The notes under the pieces are model-generated. The model was not told the DNA's origin. It ran no database searches and saw only the letters and a list, made by a program, of their open reading frames with translations. Shown one piece after another: positions 44,077-54,294 of a stretch of DNA of 64,000 nt. Position numbers and translations under genes: made by a program. Within the stretch, counting starts at the first letter, position 1. Every line of letters starts with the position of its first letter. The stretch comes from Gammaproteobacteria bacterium (lineage in GTDB: Bacteria; Pseudomonadota; Gammaproteobacteria; G965209235). The DNA lies in the NCBI GenBank assembly GCA_965209235.1, contig OZ242382.1, positions 1,327,010 through 1,391,009 of the forward strand, read 5' to 3'.

Positions 44077-45600
44077 TCATACATCGAACTTGACGCCTTG
44101 AGCCAGCGGCAAGTCAGACGAGTAGTTAATTGTCTGTGTTTGACGGCGCATGTACTGCTTCCAACTGTCAGAGCCTGATTCTCGGCCCCCACCAGTGTCT
44201 TTCTCGCCACCGAACGCTCCGCCAATCTCAGCGCCAGACGGCCCGATGTTGACGTTGGCAATGCCGCAGTCACTTCCGGCGGCAGACAGGAAGTACTCTG
44301 ACTCACGGACGTCAGTGGTAAAGATGGAGCTCGATAACCCATGGGCAACTCCACGCAGCATGTCCAGCGCGTCTGATAGCTCTTGATAGGGGATGACGTA
44401 GAGCAGCGGCGCAAACGTCTCTTGCTTCGCAATATCGGTCTGATGCGGCAATTGAACAATGGCTGGAGATACATAGACGCCATCACCCACGCGTTTGAGC
44501 TGCTCGCCTCCTGTGATATGTGTGCCACCTTGCTCAATAGCCTGTTGAATCGCAGCCTTCATGCGCATAAATGTCGGTTGCTCAATGAGTGGTCCAACGT
44601 GCGTGTTGGGATCGCGAGGATCGCCAACGGTGAGTTGCTCGAAGACACGTGAGAGAGATGACACCATCTCTTCAACGCGGGACTCGTGCACCAACAGGCG
44701 GCGAAGGGTTGTGCACCTCTGCCCTGCTGTTCCGGCGGCTGAAAAAGCGCATCCCCGAACAGCCAGTTGCAGATCCGCGCTTGGCGTCACGATCGTGGCA
44801 TTGTTTCCACCAAGTTCGTAAATGCCTTTTCCAAATCGAGCGGCAATGATAGGTGCCAAGGCCCGTCCAGCTTCGGTGCTTCCAGTTACGCTGACCAAGG
44901 GGTAGCGTGCGTCGGCTGCGAACGATTGAGCGGTGCTGACGCCGCCTTGAACTAACTGGGAGATGTCGGTGTTCAGTCCTTTACTGACAAGGACTTGATG
45001 GAGTAGGTGAGCGGATGCGATGGCCGTGAGGGTGGTGCGTTCTGATGGCTTCCAGACGACGGGATTACCGCATACAAGCGCGATGGCTGTATTCCATGCC
45101 CAGACCGCAACCGGGAAGTTGAAAGCAGAAATGATGGCAGTGGGACCGAGAGGGCACCAACGCTCAATCAGATGGTGTCCGGGACGCTCTGACGGCATCG
45201 TTCGACCGTACAGCTGGCGGGAAAGTCCGACGGCAAAATCGCAGACATCAATCATTTCCTGCACTTCACCTTCGGCTTCTGATTGGATCTTTCCAGCTTC
45301 GATCGAAACGAGCAGGGAGAGATGAGGTTTGGCCGCGCGAAGAGCCTGACCAAATTCCCGGACAACGTCCCCGCGCAGCGGTGCCGGCATATCGCGAAAC
45401 GACGCAAAAACGTCGTGGGCGCGTTGAGCGACGTGGTTTAGTTCGTCGGTTGATGTCCTTGGGACGTATGCCAATATGTCCCCATCAATTGGTGACGTGG
45501 CGCAAATGGCATCGTCTTGGTGTGTCTGCATTGCCGCGATAGTCTGCGACAAGCCAATGGCGCCTAGCGCTTCGGCAGCTGCTTTTGACGTGCTCAACAT
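44077..45600 (-). CDS. aldehyde dehydrogenase, ALDH7 / piperideine-6-carboxylate dehydrogenase-like
   Basis: Motifs 'YELGGNNATIV' and 'FSAAGTAGQRCTTLRRL', which match the ALDH7 (antiquitin/AmaB) signature. Confidence 0.75.
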   Translation of the reverse strand: MLSTSKAAAEALGAIGLSQTIAAMQTHQDDAICATSPIDGDILAYVPRTSTDELNHVAQRAHDVFASFRDMPAPLRGDVVREFGQALRAAKPHLSLLVSIEAGKIQSEAEGEVQEMIDVCDFAVGLSRQLYGRTMPSERPGHHLIERWCPLGPTAIISAFNFPVAVWAWNTAIALVCGNPVVWKPSERTTLTAIASAHLLHQVLVSKGLNTDISQLVQGGVSTAQSFAADARYPLVSVTGSTEAGRALAPIIAARFGKGIYELGGNNATIVTPSADLQLAVRGCAFSAAGTAGQRCTTLRRLLVHESRVEEMVSSLSRVFEQLTVGDPRDPNTHVGPLIEQPTFMRMKAAIQQAIEQGGTHITGGEQLKRVGDGVYVSPAIVQLPHQTDIAKQETFAPLLYVIPYQELSDALDMLRGVAHGLSSSIFTTDVRESEYFLSAAGSDCGIANVNIGPSGAEIGGAFGGEKDTGGGRESGSDSWKQYMRRQTQTINYSSDLPLAQGVKFDV

Positions 45601-45628
45601 AGGTGGGTTAGAAGTGGGAGAGACTGTG

Positions 45629-47245
45629 TCATATTGTCCGTCCTGGAGAGATATCCACGACGTCAGTCACGCACTCAATCAACACCGGGCCGTCGCTTTG
45701 AAACGCATCACTCAAGACACTTTCGATATCTGAGTCGCGTTCGAGACGCATCGCTTTCCAGTGGTTCGCACGCGCTAGCATGACAAAGTCAGGATTTGCG
45801 AGGTTTGTGTTCGCAATGCGTCCAGGGTAATGGCGTTCCTGATGCATGCGTATCGTGCCGTACGAGCTGTTATTGAACAACAGTACCACGAGGTTGAGTT
45901 GCAGGGTGGTCGCCGTGCAGAGATCAGGCGACGCCATCATCAGACACCCGTCGCCTGCGAGCGTCACCACCCGTTTCGATGGATGTTCAAGGCACGCGGC
46001 GATACCGGCAGGTAAGCCGTATCCCATGGCGCCACTGGTCGGTGCCAAAATCGAACCGAGCGTGCGATACTGATGGTATCGGTGGCCGTAAGCGGCATAG
46101 TTGCCTGCGCCGTTGGTCACGATGGAATCGTCTGGCAGCATCGTCGTGAGCTGCGAAACGATCAACGCGGGATTGAGCGGTCCCTGTGCAGGTTTGGGGG
46201 TGGTCCATGCTTCGTAAGAGCGTCTCAATTCGAGGGGTTGATCGGCAATTGGCTGCTGAGATACTGCAGAGGCGAGGCTTATAACCATTTCAGCGGGATC
46301 CGCACACGCACTGATTTCAGCTGTGAAGAGCCGTCCGATCTCGTGCGGATCCGGATGCACGTGCACAATCCGCGATTGCGATGATGGCAGCTGGAAGCCT
46401 TGGGATGGGTTCTCTCCCATGCGGGCACCGAGGATCAGAAGTTGCTTGCACGCAGAGGCGTATGAGACTAGGGAGGGATTAGCTCCTAGTCCCAAATCGC
46501 CGACATACGCTGCATGATGGTTATCAAACAGGTCTTTGCGACGAAACGAGGTCGCGACAGGCCACTGGGTGCGTTGTGCCAAATCGCGAAGGGCATTCCA
46601 AGCCCGTGCGTTCCAACCAGTGCCGCCTGCAATGATCAATGACTCACTCGGATTTCCGCTGGCCATGAAGTGGCTGATCTGCGCCACTGTTGTCTCGGTG
46701 GGGCGAAGAGCGGTGCGCGTCACGACCGGCATGTCAACCGGCTCAGCTGGGGCGCTGAGTACGTCTTCCGGGAAGCTCACCACAACGGGACCGGGTCTGC
46801 CTTGGATTGCGCGCGACCAAGCGCGGCTCATGAATTCGGCGACGCGATCTGCGCTGGGGACTTCCACCGTCCATTTCGCAAGTGGCGCAAACCATTCCGT
46901 CAATTCGGTTTCTTGAAACGCATCTCTTCCGCGCTGATACGTCGGCACTTGGCCCACGCAGAGCAACATTGGTGTTGAGTCGTGGTGCGCTGTGTGCACG
47001 GCGATGGAGGCATGGGTGGCTCCTGGCCCACGGGTCACCCAGGCGACACCTGGCAGGCTTGTGAGCTTTCCTGTCGCTTCCGCCATATTGGCGGCATTCG
47101 CTTCGTGACGGCATGTCACCATCTCGATTGATGAGTCAAGAGCCGCATCCATCACAGATAGGAAACTTTCCCCTGGCACGCAAAACATCCGTGACACACC
47201 TTGTCGTTCCAAGAACTGAACGACCAAATCTGCTCCTCGTGGCAT
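45629..47245 (-). CDS. thiamine diphosphate-dependent enzyme (acetolactate synthase-like family)
   Basis: Motifs 'VPGESFLSVMDA', 'TRGPGATHA' and ThDP motif 'LAGDGCLMMASPDL...NNSSYG'. Confidence 0.8.
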   Translation of the reverse strand: MPRGADLVVQFLERQGVSRMFCVPGESFLSVMDAALDSSIEMVTCRHEANAANMAEATGKLTSLPGVAWVTRGPGATHASIAVHTAHHDSTPMLLCVGQVPTYQRGRDAFQETELTEWFAPLAKWTVEVPSADRVAEFMSRAWSRAIQGRPGPVVVSFPEDVLSAPAEPVDMPVVTRTALRPTETTVAQISHFMASGNPSESLIIAGGTGWNARAWNALRDLAQRTQWPVATSFRRKDLFDNHHAAYVGDLGLGANPSLVSYASACKQLLILGARMGENPSQGFQLPSSQSRIVHVHPDPHEIGRLFTAEISACADPAEMVISLASAVSQQPIADQPLELRRSYEAWTTPKPAQGPLNPALIVSQLTTMLPDDSIVTNGAGNYAAYGHRYHQYRTLGSILAPTSGAMGYGLPAGIAACLEHPSKRVVTLAGDGCLMMASPDLCTATTLQLNLVVLLFNNSSYGTIRMHQERHYPGRIANTNLANPDFVMLARANHWKAMRLERDSDIESVLSDAFQSDGPVLIECVTDVVDISPGRTI

Positions 47246-47288
47246 TCATAGAATCCGCCAATGGCATGGGAGTCTACGGGTTACCCGA

Positions 47289-49007
47289 ATGAAGCAAGTA
47301 AGAACTGACAACATTGCGATGATCTGCGCAGTGATCGCGCTTTGTGGGCTCAGCGCGGGCCCAGCCTTTGCGTATGACCGCATTAACGGTGCGCCCTTCG
47401 CGTCGAGGTCGCCGGTTATGGCTCCTCATGGGATGGTGGCGACGAGCCACCCGCTTGCAACGCAGATCGGGCTTGAGGTTCTCAAGAAAGGTGGGAATGC
47501 CATTGATGCGGCCATCGCCGCCAATGCCGCCTTGACGTTCATGGAACCAACGGGCTGCGGTATCGGAGGCGACCTCTTCGCCATCTATTACGACGCGAAG
47601 ACCCAGAAGGTGTACGCCCTCGATGCCAGCGGGCCTGCTGGCTCAAAAGCATCTATTGAAGACCTGCGGCGAGCGGGACATACCAAGATGCCATCGTATG
47701 GTGCGATTCCTGTGACCGTTCCTGGTGCAGTCGGGGGCTGGTTCTCTCTCCATGATCGATTTGGGAAACTTGCGATGTCGGAGTTGCTGAAACCGACGAT
47801 TCAGTACGCGAGAAAGGGCGTGCCGGTCACACCGGTCATTGGCCTGTACCTGCAGGTGTCGCAAGAGCGCTATAAGGATTTCGCCAATATCGCTGAAACG
47901 TGGCATCCAGAAAGCCGTGATATGCCGAGGGAAGGCGAGATCATGTCTAACCCGTTCCTCGCTGACACGCTGCAAGTCATCGCTGATGAGGGACGTGACG
48001 GTTTTTATCGGGGAAGAGTGGCTGATGAAGTTATCAGCTTTTTAGATAAGCACGGTGGGCTGCTGACCCTGAAGGATCTCGCGGACTACTCGCCGCGTTG
48101 GGTGGAACCAGTTTCAACAAGTTACCGTGGACACGAAGTGTATGAGTTGCCGCCGCCGACACAAGGGATCGCGGCCTTGCAAATGCTCAACATTCTTGAA
48201 CGGTTTGAGATCTGGCGCCTGGGTCTTGACTCGCCTCAATACCTGCACTACCTTGTGGAGTCGAAAAAGATCGCGTTTGCTGATCGGGCGCGTTACTACG
48301 CAGATCCTGCCTTTGAGGATGTGCCCACGGACTACCTCGTCTCGAAAAAGTACGCGAAAGCCCGTGCCAAAGAAATTGACTTACTCAACCCCGCGCTGGC
48401 CGACGTATCGCCAGCTGTGTTGGAAGAGGGGGACACGATTTACTTGGCTGTCGGTGACGATGAAGGAAATATGGTGTCACTGATTCAGAGCAATTACCGC
48501 GGCATGGGGTCTGGCATGGTGCCGCCAAAACTTGGTTTCATGCTCCAAAATCGGGGCGAACTCTTTTCGCTTGATTCAGATCATCCCAATGCGTTAACGC
48601 CCGGAAAGCGCCCTTTTCACACGATCATTCCAGCCTTCGTGACACGCGGGGGTGATCCGTGGCTCGCGTTTGGTGTCATGGGCGGAGCCACGCAGCCGCA
48701 GGCTCACGTGCAGATCTTGGTCAATCTGATCGACTACCACTACAACCTGCAAGAAGCTGGAGATGCACCGCGGATGGTCCATACGGGCTCGCCGCAGCCA
48801 ACGGGTGAAGCGGGACGCGGCACCGGCGTCGTCAATCTTGAATCGGGATTTTCAATCGAGACTGAACGTGAACTCACGAGACGCGGGCATGCAGTGCAGC
48901 GCGCTTTCGGTATTTACGGTGGATACCAAGCCGTCATGCGTCATGAGAGTGGATACTATGTCGGCGCGTCTGAAGCGCGCAAGGACGGCCAAGCGGCTGG
49001 ATACTGA
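47289..49007 (+). CDS. ggt: gamma-glutamyltransferase
   Basis: Signal peptide; motifs 'GGNAIDAAIA', 'GDTIYLAVGDDEGN' (Thr nucleophile region) and 'GVMGG'. Confidence 0.9.
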   Translation: MKQVRTDNIAMICAVIALCGLSAGPAFAYDRINGAPFASRSPVMAPHGMVATSHPLATQIGLEVLKKGGNAIDAAIAANAALTFMEPTGCGIGGDLFAIYYDAKTQKVYALDASGPAGSKASIEDLRRAGHTKMPSYGAIPVTVPGAVGGWFSLHDRFGKLAMSELLKPTIQYARKGVPVTPVIGLYLQVSQERYKDFANIAETWHPESRDMPREGEIMSNPFLADTLQVIADEGRDGFYRGRVADEVISFLDKHGGLLTLKDLADYSPRWVEPVSTSYRGHEVYELPPPTQGIAALQMLNILERFEIWRLGLDSPQYLHYLVESKKIAFADRARYYADPAFEDVPTDYLVSKKYAKARAKEIDLLNPALADVSPAVLEEGDTIYLAVGDDEGNMVSLIQSNYRGMGSGMVPPKLGFMLQNRGELFSLDSDHPNALTPGKRPFHTIIPAFVTRGGDPWLAFGVMGGATQPQAHVQILVNLIDYHYNLQEAGDAPRMVHTGSPQPTGEAGRGTGVVNLESGFSIETERELTRRGHAVQRAFGIYGGYQAVMRHESGYYVGASEARKDGQAAGY

Positions 49008-49029
49008 TCGAATCACACAGAGAGGATGA

Positions 49030-49767
49030 ATGATGGACAAAGTTTGTATCGTGACCGGAGCGAGCTCCGGAATTGGCGAAGCCACGGCAATCGCACTGGT
49101 CAAAGATGGCGCGAAGGTCATGCTGGCTGCTCGCCGCGAAGATCGCATGAAAGCACTGGCTGACAAGTGCAATGCCATCAATGCTGGCTCAACGGAATAT
49201 GTGAAGGTTGATGTTTCCAATCATGCTGAGATGGTGGCACTGGGTCAGAAAACGATCAGTGTGTTCGGACGGGTCGACGTTCTGGTGAACAATGCAGGTG
49301 TCATGCCGCTATCAGCACTGGCTCGTCGTCGTGTTGATGAATGGGATCAGATGATCGATGTGAACATCAAAGGCGTGCTATATGGCATTGATGCTGTGTT
49401 GACTCACATGCTTGAGCGCGGCTCCGGCCACGTGATCAATGTGGCGTCTGTTGCAGGACACCGCGTGACCCCAACGGGAGCTGTGTACGCCGGCACCAAG
49501 TTCGCCGTTCGGGCGATTAGTGAAGGACTCCGTCAGGAAACTGTGGGAAAAGTCCGGTCCACAATCATTTCTCCCGGCGCGGTGACAACGGAGCTTGGTA
49601 ATTCGATTAAGGACGAAGTGACGCGGGCTCAATTGATGGAGAAGTTCTCAGGATTTGAGTTCCTAGCGTCCGAGGACATTGCAGCGACTATCGTTTTTGC
49701 GATCAACCAACCTGAGCGTTCGTCGGTCTCCGAAATTGTTGTGCGCCCGACTGAGCAGCCGTTTTAA
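49030..49767 (+). CDS. SDR-family oxidoreductase
   Basis: Motifs '[13 protein letters not shown]', 'NNAG' and 'YAGTKFAV'. Confidence 0.88.
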   Translation: MMDKVCIVTGASSGIGEATAIALVKDGAKVMLAARREDRMKALADKCNAINAGSTEYVKVDVSNHAEMVALGQKTISVFGRVDVLVNNAGVMPLSALARRRVDEWDQMIDVNIKGVLYGIDAVLTHMLERGSGHVINVASVAGHRVTPTGAVYAGTKFAVRAISEGLRQETVGKVRSTIISPGAVTTELGNSIKDEVTRAQLMEKFSGFEFLASEDIAATIVFAINQPERSSVSEIVVRPTEQPF

Positions 49768-49846
49768 GGAAACATGCCGAGATGTCACAACTTTGCACGA
49801 TAGAATTCGTCAGCGGATGCTGTCGTGCTAGTTTGAGACAACCCTG

Positions 49847-50572
49847 ATGTCAAAACGCCGAAATTTCCCCTCGTGGCTGCGCGATACTCCAATTGCGCAC
49901 CGAGGACTACACTCCGCCGATATTCCGGAAAACTCCATGGCCTCCTTTGAGGCAGCATGTGAGGTCGGGCACGCCATTGAGCTTGACGTTCGTTTCACGA
50001 ACGATCATGAGATCATCGTCTTCCATGACGCGACAGGCCGCCGCTTGCTCGGGACCGGTCGACGGGTCGACGAGTGCACGTACTCTGAACTGTCAACCAT
50101 GAGGATCAGTAACACTGATCAGACCGTACCGCGGCTACGGGATGTGTTTAGCGTGGTCAGGGGTCGTGTGCCCATTTACATTGAAGTCAAGGGAACCTCT
50201 CGGCGCGTGCGTGGACTCATCAGACATCTCTACGCATACAACGGACCGTTTTGTGTCATTTCATTCAATGTGAAGTCTGTGCGGGCTGTTCGCGAGGCCG
50301 CCACGCACATCTTGACTGGGCTGACGTATCCGGCGCTACCGAACCCAGCAGGTAATGTGAAGCACAAATCACTCACATGGCTGATGAGCTTGATGAATGC
50401 CAAGCCTTCCTTTGCTCTAGGACACTTACGGAGTGCTGACTCGCGGGTGTTGCAGTTCATGCGTAAGCGCTTGCCGCTCGTGACTTGGACGTGTCGTTCT
50501 CATGACGATATTGACCGTGCCAAAGTTGTGGCGGACAACTATATGTATGAGGCTGTTAAACCCAAAGCGTGA
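49847..50572 (+). CDS. glycerophosphodiester phosphodiesterase family protein
   Basis: Motif 'IAHRGLH...PENSMASFEAA...AIELDVRFTNDHEIIVFHD'. Confidence 0.8.
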   Translation: MSKRRNFPSWLRDTPIAHRGLHSADIPENSMASFEAACEVGHAIELDVRFTNDHEIIVFHDATGRRLLGTGRRVDECTYSELSTMRISNTDQTVPRLRDVFSVVRGRVPIYIEVKGTSRRVRGLIRHLYAYNGPFCVISFNVKSVRAVREAATHILTGLTYPALPNPAGNVKHKSLTWLMSLMNAKPSFALGHLRSADSRVLQFMRKRLPLVTWTCRSHDDIDRAKVVADNYMYEAVKPKA

Positions 50573-50614
50573 TTTGCGCTGCCTCTTGAAATTTCTGCAA
50601 AAACCTCTATGGCC

Positions 50615-50620
50615 TATAAT
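50615..50620 (+). promoter_or_regulatory. consensus -10 hexamer TATAAT upstream of a small ORF
   Basis: Exact TATAAT, with a weak -35 (TTCTGC at 16-nt spacing). It is followed by the hairpin CGCAGAC-gtgg-GTCTGCG (50637-50654). Confidence 0.3.
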
Positions 50621-50675
50621 TTGGACACTATGTCCGCGCAGACGTGGGTCTGCGTGTTAGCTTTCTGGAGTTCCA

Positions 50676-50807
50676 ATGCCCCAACGTAACGCGATTAAAC
50701 CCGAAGATGATGGCAGCCAAGGCGGTCTGAAGATCGGGCGCCTCATCATGCTGATAGCTGTTTTTGGGGTGTGTATTTATCTCAACTATATGGTCTGGAC
50801 TGGCTAG
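50676..50807 (+). CDS. hypothetical 43-aa membrane peptide (below ORF-track cutoff)
   Basis: Hand translation gives 'MPQRNAIKPEDDGSQGGLKIGRLIMLIAVFGVCIYLNYMVWTG'. GGAG lies 5 nt upstream of the ATG. One TM helix. Confidence 0.35.
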   Translation: MPQRNAIKPEDDGSQGGLKIGRLIMLIAVFGVCIYLNYMVWTG

Positions 50808-50860
50808 TATCGCTGGCGGCCATTGCGCCGATCTAGCACCAGTCCGTACGCATCCAGCCG

Positions 50861-51949
50861 CTATCGCGGCTGGAATCTGAAGTGCATGATATCCCCGTCG
50901 TGCACGATGTAGTCTTTGCCTTCTAGGCGTACGTCGCCACGCTTCTTTGCTTCGGCAAGAGTGCCTGCCGCGATATAGGCATCATACGAGGTGGTTTCGG
51001 CACGGATAAAGCCGGTTTCCATGTCTCGATGTATTTCTCCGGCAGCTTGTCGCGCCGTCGCTCCCTGCCTGATGGTCCATGCGGCAACCTCTTGTTCCCC
51101 AGCAGTAAAGAAACTATGGATCTTTAATAGTTCCCGGGTTTGTTGAATCATCGCTGATAATCCGGAATGAGCAAATCCCAGTTCATCCCGCATGTCTGCC
51201 TGCTCTTCGGTTGACATCTGCGCAATCTCACGCTCTGTCTCGGCATCGAGAGGCACGAAACCAAACCCAAGAGACGCCGCTTCTTCCTTCAGTTTGATGG
51301 CCTGATCCGACAACGTATCTGCGCCATCAACATTGGCGACGACAAGCGCACGTTTGGCTGTGAGTAGATGAAGGGCCATGATGGATGGGTCGGTCATCAG
51401 ATCTTGGCGTTTGCTGATCGGCTCGCCCTGGTTGACGTACTCAAACGCTTCTTCCAGTAGCTGCAATCGGTCTCGAGCTTCCGCTGTCCCATTACGTGCT
51501 TGCGTTTTGGCTTTGACTCGTGCCCGATCGAGCGTCTCTGTGTCCGCCAGTGACAGTTCAGTCATGATTGTGGCAAGATCCTCGATAGGGTCACTTTGAA
51601 CATCGACGTGCACCACATCAGAGTTCTGAAAGCACCGCACCACGTGCGCGATCACAGGAACCTCGCGAATAGCTGCGAGAAACTGGCTGCCTAACCCTTC
51701 GCCTGACGACGCGCCACGCACCAAACCAGCAATGTCGACGAATCGGCATGTGGTGGGGCGAATAGACTTCGGATTGATGAGCTTCGCAAGAGCATCCAGT
51801 CGCGCGTCTGGGACGGCGACTTCCCCCACATTCGGATCAATCGTGCTAAACGCACGAGGTGCCATGATGACATCTCGTGATGTAAGAGCATTAAACAAGG
51901 TCGACTTGCCAGCATTGGGGAGGCCGACGAAGCCACAACTAAGTTTCAT
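50861..51949 (-). CDS. ychF: redox-regulated ATPase YchF
   Basis: Motif 'GLPNAGKSTLFNAL'. The start is set at the internal ATG at 51949, which makes a 4-nt overlap with the pth stop. Confidence 0.92.
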   Translation of the reverse strand: MKLSCGFVGLPNAGKSTLFNALTSRDVIMAPRAFSTIDPNVGEVAVPDARLDALAKLINPKSIRPTTCRFVDIAGLVRGASSGEGLGSQFLAAIREVPVIAHVVRCFQNSDVVHVDVQSDPIEDLATIMTELSLADTETLDRARVKAKTQARNGTAEARDRLQLLEEAFEYVNQGEPISKRQDLMTDPSIMALHLLTAKRALVVANVDGADTLSDQAIKLKEEAASLGFGFVPLDAETEREIAQMSTEEQADMRDELGFAHSGLSAMIQQTRELLKIHSFFTAGEQEVAAWTIRQGATARQAAGEIHRDMETGFIRAETTSYDAYIAAGTLAEAKKRGDVRLEGKDYIVHDGDIMHFRFQPR

Positions 51950-52581
51950 AGGGCGGTAGGGTCCATTCGCGGATTGTGAAGATGCTGAAATGCATCGTTC
52001 CACTCGCCGCGCATCATGAAGGGGAGGGCGGGAAACGCATCTTGCATTGCTGCCAGTGCGCTTTGGCGGTCTTCAGTCGGAGCGACGCTCAGCACCCAGC
52101 TATGGGGAGGTTGCGCGCTTGTTGGGCGGCCGATGCCAAGGCGCAAGCGCCAAAAGTCACGGGTGCCTAGATGCTGAACCACACTCTTGATGCCATTATG
52201 GCCGGCTGCACCACCGCCAAATTTCAGTTTGATTTGGTCGCGAGCCAGGTCCAATTCGTCGTATGCAATCATGATCGAATCGGGCGTGTGATTGAAGTAG
52301 GCAGCCAGTCGTTGAACGGCCTCACCTGAGTCATTCATGTACGTCAAAGGTTTCGCGATCGTGAGAGGGTGGCCGCCGACATCAATTGTTGTGTAGGCCG
52401 TCTTTAGCCGCGTGTCCTCTTTCAGCGTGTGATGCTCCGCCAATAAGTCAACAAGCCAGTGGCCATAGTTATGCCGCTGAAGGGCGTAACGCGGGCCTGG
52501 GTTGCCTAATCCAAACAGTGCGCGCAATGGCGTGCCAAGGTGCGGCGATTGCCGCACCTTCTCTTGCTGGCCTTGCGGCAC
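51946..52581 (-). CDS. pth: peptidyl-tRNA hydrolase
   Basis: Motifs 'LFGLGNPGPRY' and 'GGGAAGHNG'. Confidence 0.92.
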   Translation of the reverse strand: MPQGQQEKVRQSPHLGTPLRALFGLGNPGPRYALQRHNYGHWLVDLLAEHHTLKEDTRLKTAYTTIDVGGHPLTIAKPLTYMNDSGEAVQRLAAYFNHTPDSIMIAYDELDLARDQIKLKFGGGAAGHNGIKSVVQHLGTRDFWRLRLGIGRPTSAQPPHSWVLSVAPTEDRQSALAAMQDAFPALPFMMRGEWNDAFQHLHNPRMDPTAL

Positions 52582-52587
52582 GTTATC

Positions 52588-53220
52588 TTACGTCTCGCGA
52601 GTGGCGTTAATGGCTTCTTCTTGCGCGCGGACCGCAGCTCCTTGGCCACGACGTGCCACGAGGCTCACGATGGACGGATTGCGGTTACGCTGATGCTCTG
52701 TGTACATCACTTTGTCTGGTAATGGTTGATCAGAGAGATACACCGTTTTCCCAACACCCACGTCATACAAGTCCACAACGATGTTGTGAGGTAAGAGTTC
52801 AACGGGACCGCGCACTTCTGCCACTGACAGCTGACGTGCCACGATTCCACCAGCCCGAACGCCTTTGCACTCTGCAGCGCGCTCAAACAGGATCGGCAAC
52901 ACCCGTTTAACCACGGAACCATCGCTCACATGCTGGAAGTCAATGTGTGTGACTGTGCCGGTGACAGGGTGTCGCTGGACAGATTTCACGATGGCGTGCA
53001 CACTGGATGCGTCCGTTTTGATTTCCACGATTCCGGTGAAGAACAACTCATTACGCATGGCCTTTTGTAGGTCTTTGTTGACGATCGACACCGTTGTGGC
53101 AGCCGAGCCTTCGCCATAAATCACGCCCGGTGTCGAATCTTCCAGTCGACGAATGCGCCTCGACGCTGATGTGCCAAGCTCAGTCCTTGAGGTGGCCGGT
53201 AACGTTAATGTGGCTTTCAT
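52588..53220 (-). CDS. rplY: 50S ribosomal protein L25 / general stress protein Ctc
   Basis: Motif 'RRLEDSTPGVIYG'; two-domain length (210 aa); prs-rplY-pth synteny. Confidence 0.9.
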   Translation of the reverse strand: MKATLTLPATSRTELGTSASRRIRRLEDSTPGVIYGEGSAATTVSIVNKDLQKAMRNELFFTGIVEIKTDASSVHAIVKSVQRHPVTGTVTHIDFQHVSDGSVVKRVLPILFERAAECKGVRAGGIVARQLSVAEVRGPVELLPHNIVVDLYDVGVGKTVYLSDQPLPDKVMYTEHQRNRNPSIVSLVARRGQGAAVRAQEEAINATRET

Positions 53221-53223
53221 GTT

Positions 53224-54198
53224 CTAGTTCCGAAAAAGAAGAGAGAGTGTTTCAGGGTCTTCCCACAATGAACTGAGGGAATGCGCGTTGATCACGCGCT
53301 CTAGCGCATCAGCGAGAAACGCTGTGCAGTCGATTTGTCGAATTTTGGGGCTTGGGTCAACCGCGATGCTGTTGGAGACAACCAGCATATCGAGATCAGA
53401 CTTCTCGACCCTCTCGCGAGCACCAGCGGATAACACAGGATGTGTCACCAATGCCGTCACAGAGTTTGCGCCAGCCTCCATGAGAGCGGTGGCACCGCTG
53501 CACAACGTTCCTGCTGAGTCAACGATGTCGTCATGGACCAAGCAATCCTTATTGCGAACGTCGCCGATCACCTGAAGCGCCTGCGCGCGTCCATCAATGT
53601 CAGATCTTCTCTTGTCGATAATCGCCAGATCCCCGTTCGCGCAAGCGCGAGCAAGGGCTCGAGCTCGAACGACTCCGCCGACATCAGGTGAGATCACGAT
53701 CGGGCGATCTAGGCCCATCTGCGCCACTTCGTGCGCGAATAAGCCCGTGGTGTAAATGTTATCGACGGGGATATCAACGAACCCTTGCATTTGCTCGGAG
53801 TGCACATCCATCGTGACGATGCGGGAAATACCCGACTGTTGCATCATTTCTGCAGCAACTTTCGCGGAAATCGGTACACGCCGCGAGCGCACGCGGCGAT
53901 CCTGGCGGGAGTACCCGAAATAGGGAACCAACGCAAACACACGTTCGGCTGAGGCACGGCGGCACGCGTCAGCCATCAATATCAGTTCCATGAGATGATG
54001 GTTGGTTGGCGCGCAGGTCGACTGAACTAGGCAGACAACCTTGCCTCGCATGTTGTCATACAGCTCAATCTCGCTCTCGCCATCAGCGAATCGCCCGACT
54101 TTTGCCTTGCACTGCCGAATGCCAAGGGCATCGGCGAGCCCATGGCCCAGTCGCGGAACTGAATTCCCGCATAAGATCACGACGTCGGAGAGATTCAT
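53224..54198 (-). CDS. prs: ribose-phosphate pyrophosphokinase
   Basis: Motifs 'YFGYSRQDRR', 'MDVHSEQMQGF' and 'DDIVDSAGT'. Confidence 0.95.
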   Translation of the reverse strand: MNLSDVVILCGNSVPRLGHGLADALGIRQCKAKVGRFADGESEIELYDNMRGKVVCLVQSTCAPTNHHLMELILMADACRRASAERVFALVPYFGYSRQDRRVRSRRVPISAKVAAEMMQQSGISRIVTMDVHSEQMQGFVDIPVDNIYTTGLFAHEVAQMGLDRPIVISPDVGGVVRARALARACANGDLAIIDKRRSDIDGRAQALQVIGDVRNKDCLVHDDIVDSAGTLCSGATALMEAGANSVTALVTHPVLSAGARERVEKSDLDMLVVSNSIAVDPSPKIRQIDCTAFLADALERVINAHSLSSLWEDPETLSLLFRN

Positions 54199-54219
54199 GT
54201 TCCTGCTACATGTGTCTGT

Positions 54220-54294
54220 TGGCTGGGGTGGTAGGACTCGAACCCACGAATGGCGGGACCAAAACCCGCTGCCTTACCACTTGGCTACACCCCA
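54220..54294 (-). tRNA. tRNA-Gln (UUG)
   Basis: The reverse complement folds as a cloverleaf. Acceptor TGGGGTG/CACCCCA, anticodon stem GCGGG/CCCGC with loop TTTTGGT, T-loop TTCGAGT, discriminator G plus CCA. It closely resembles E. coli tRNA-Gln. Confidence 0.9.

Noticed and set aside
44010-44537. A 175-aa minus-strand ORF lies at the 3' end of the ALDH gene.
   Set aside because: It is a different frame of the same strand as the well-supported ALDH7-like CDS, and it has no motifs. It is an overlapping-frame artefact.
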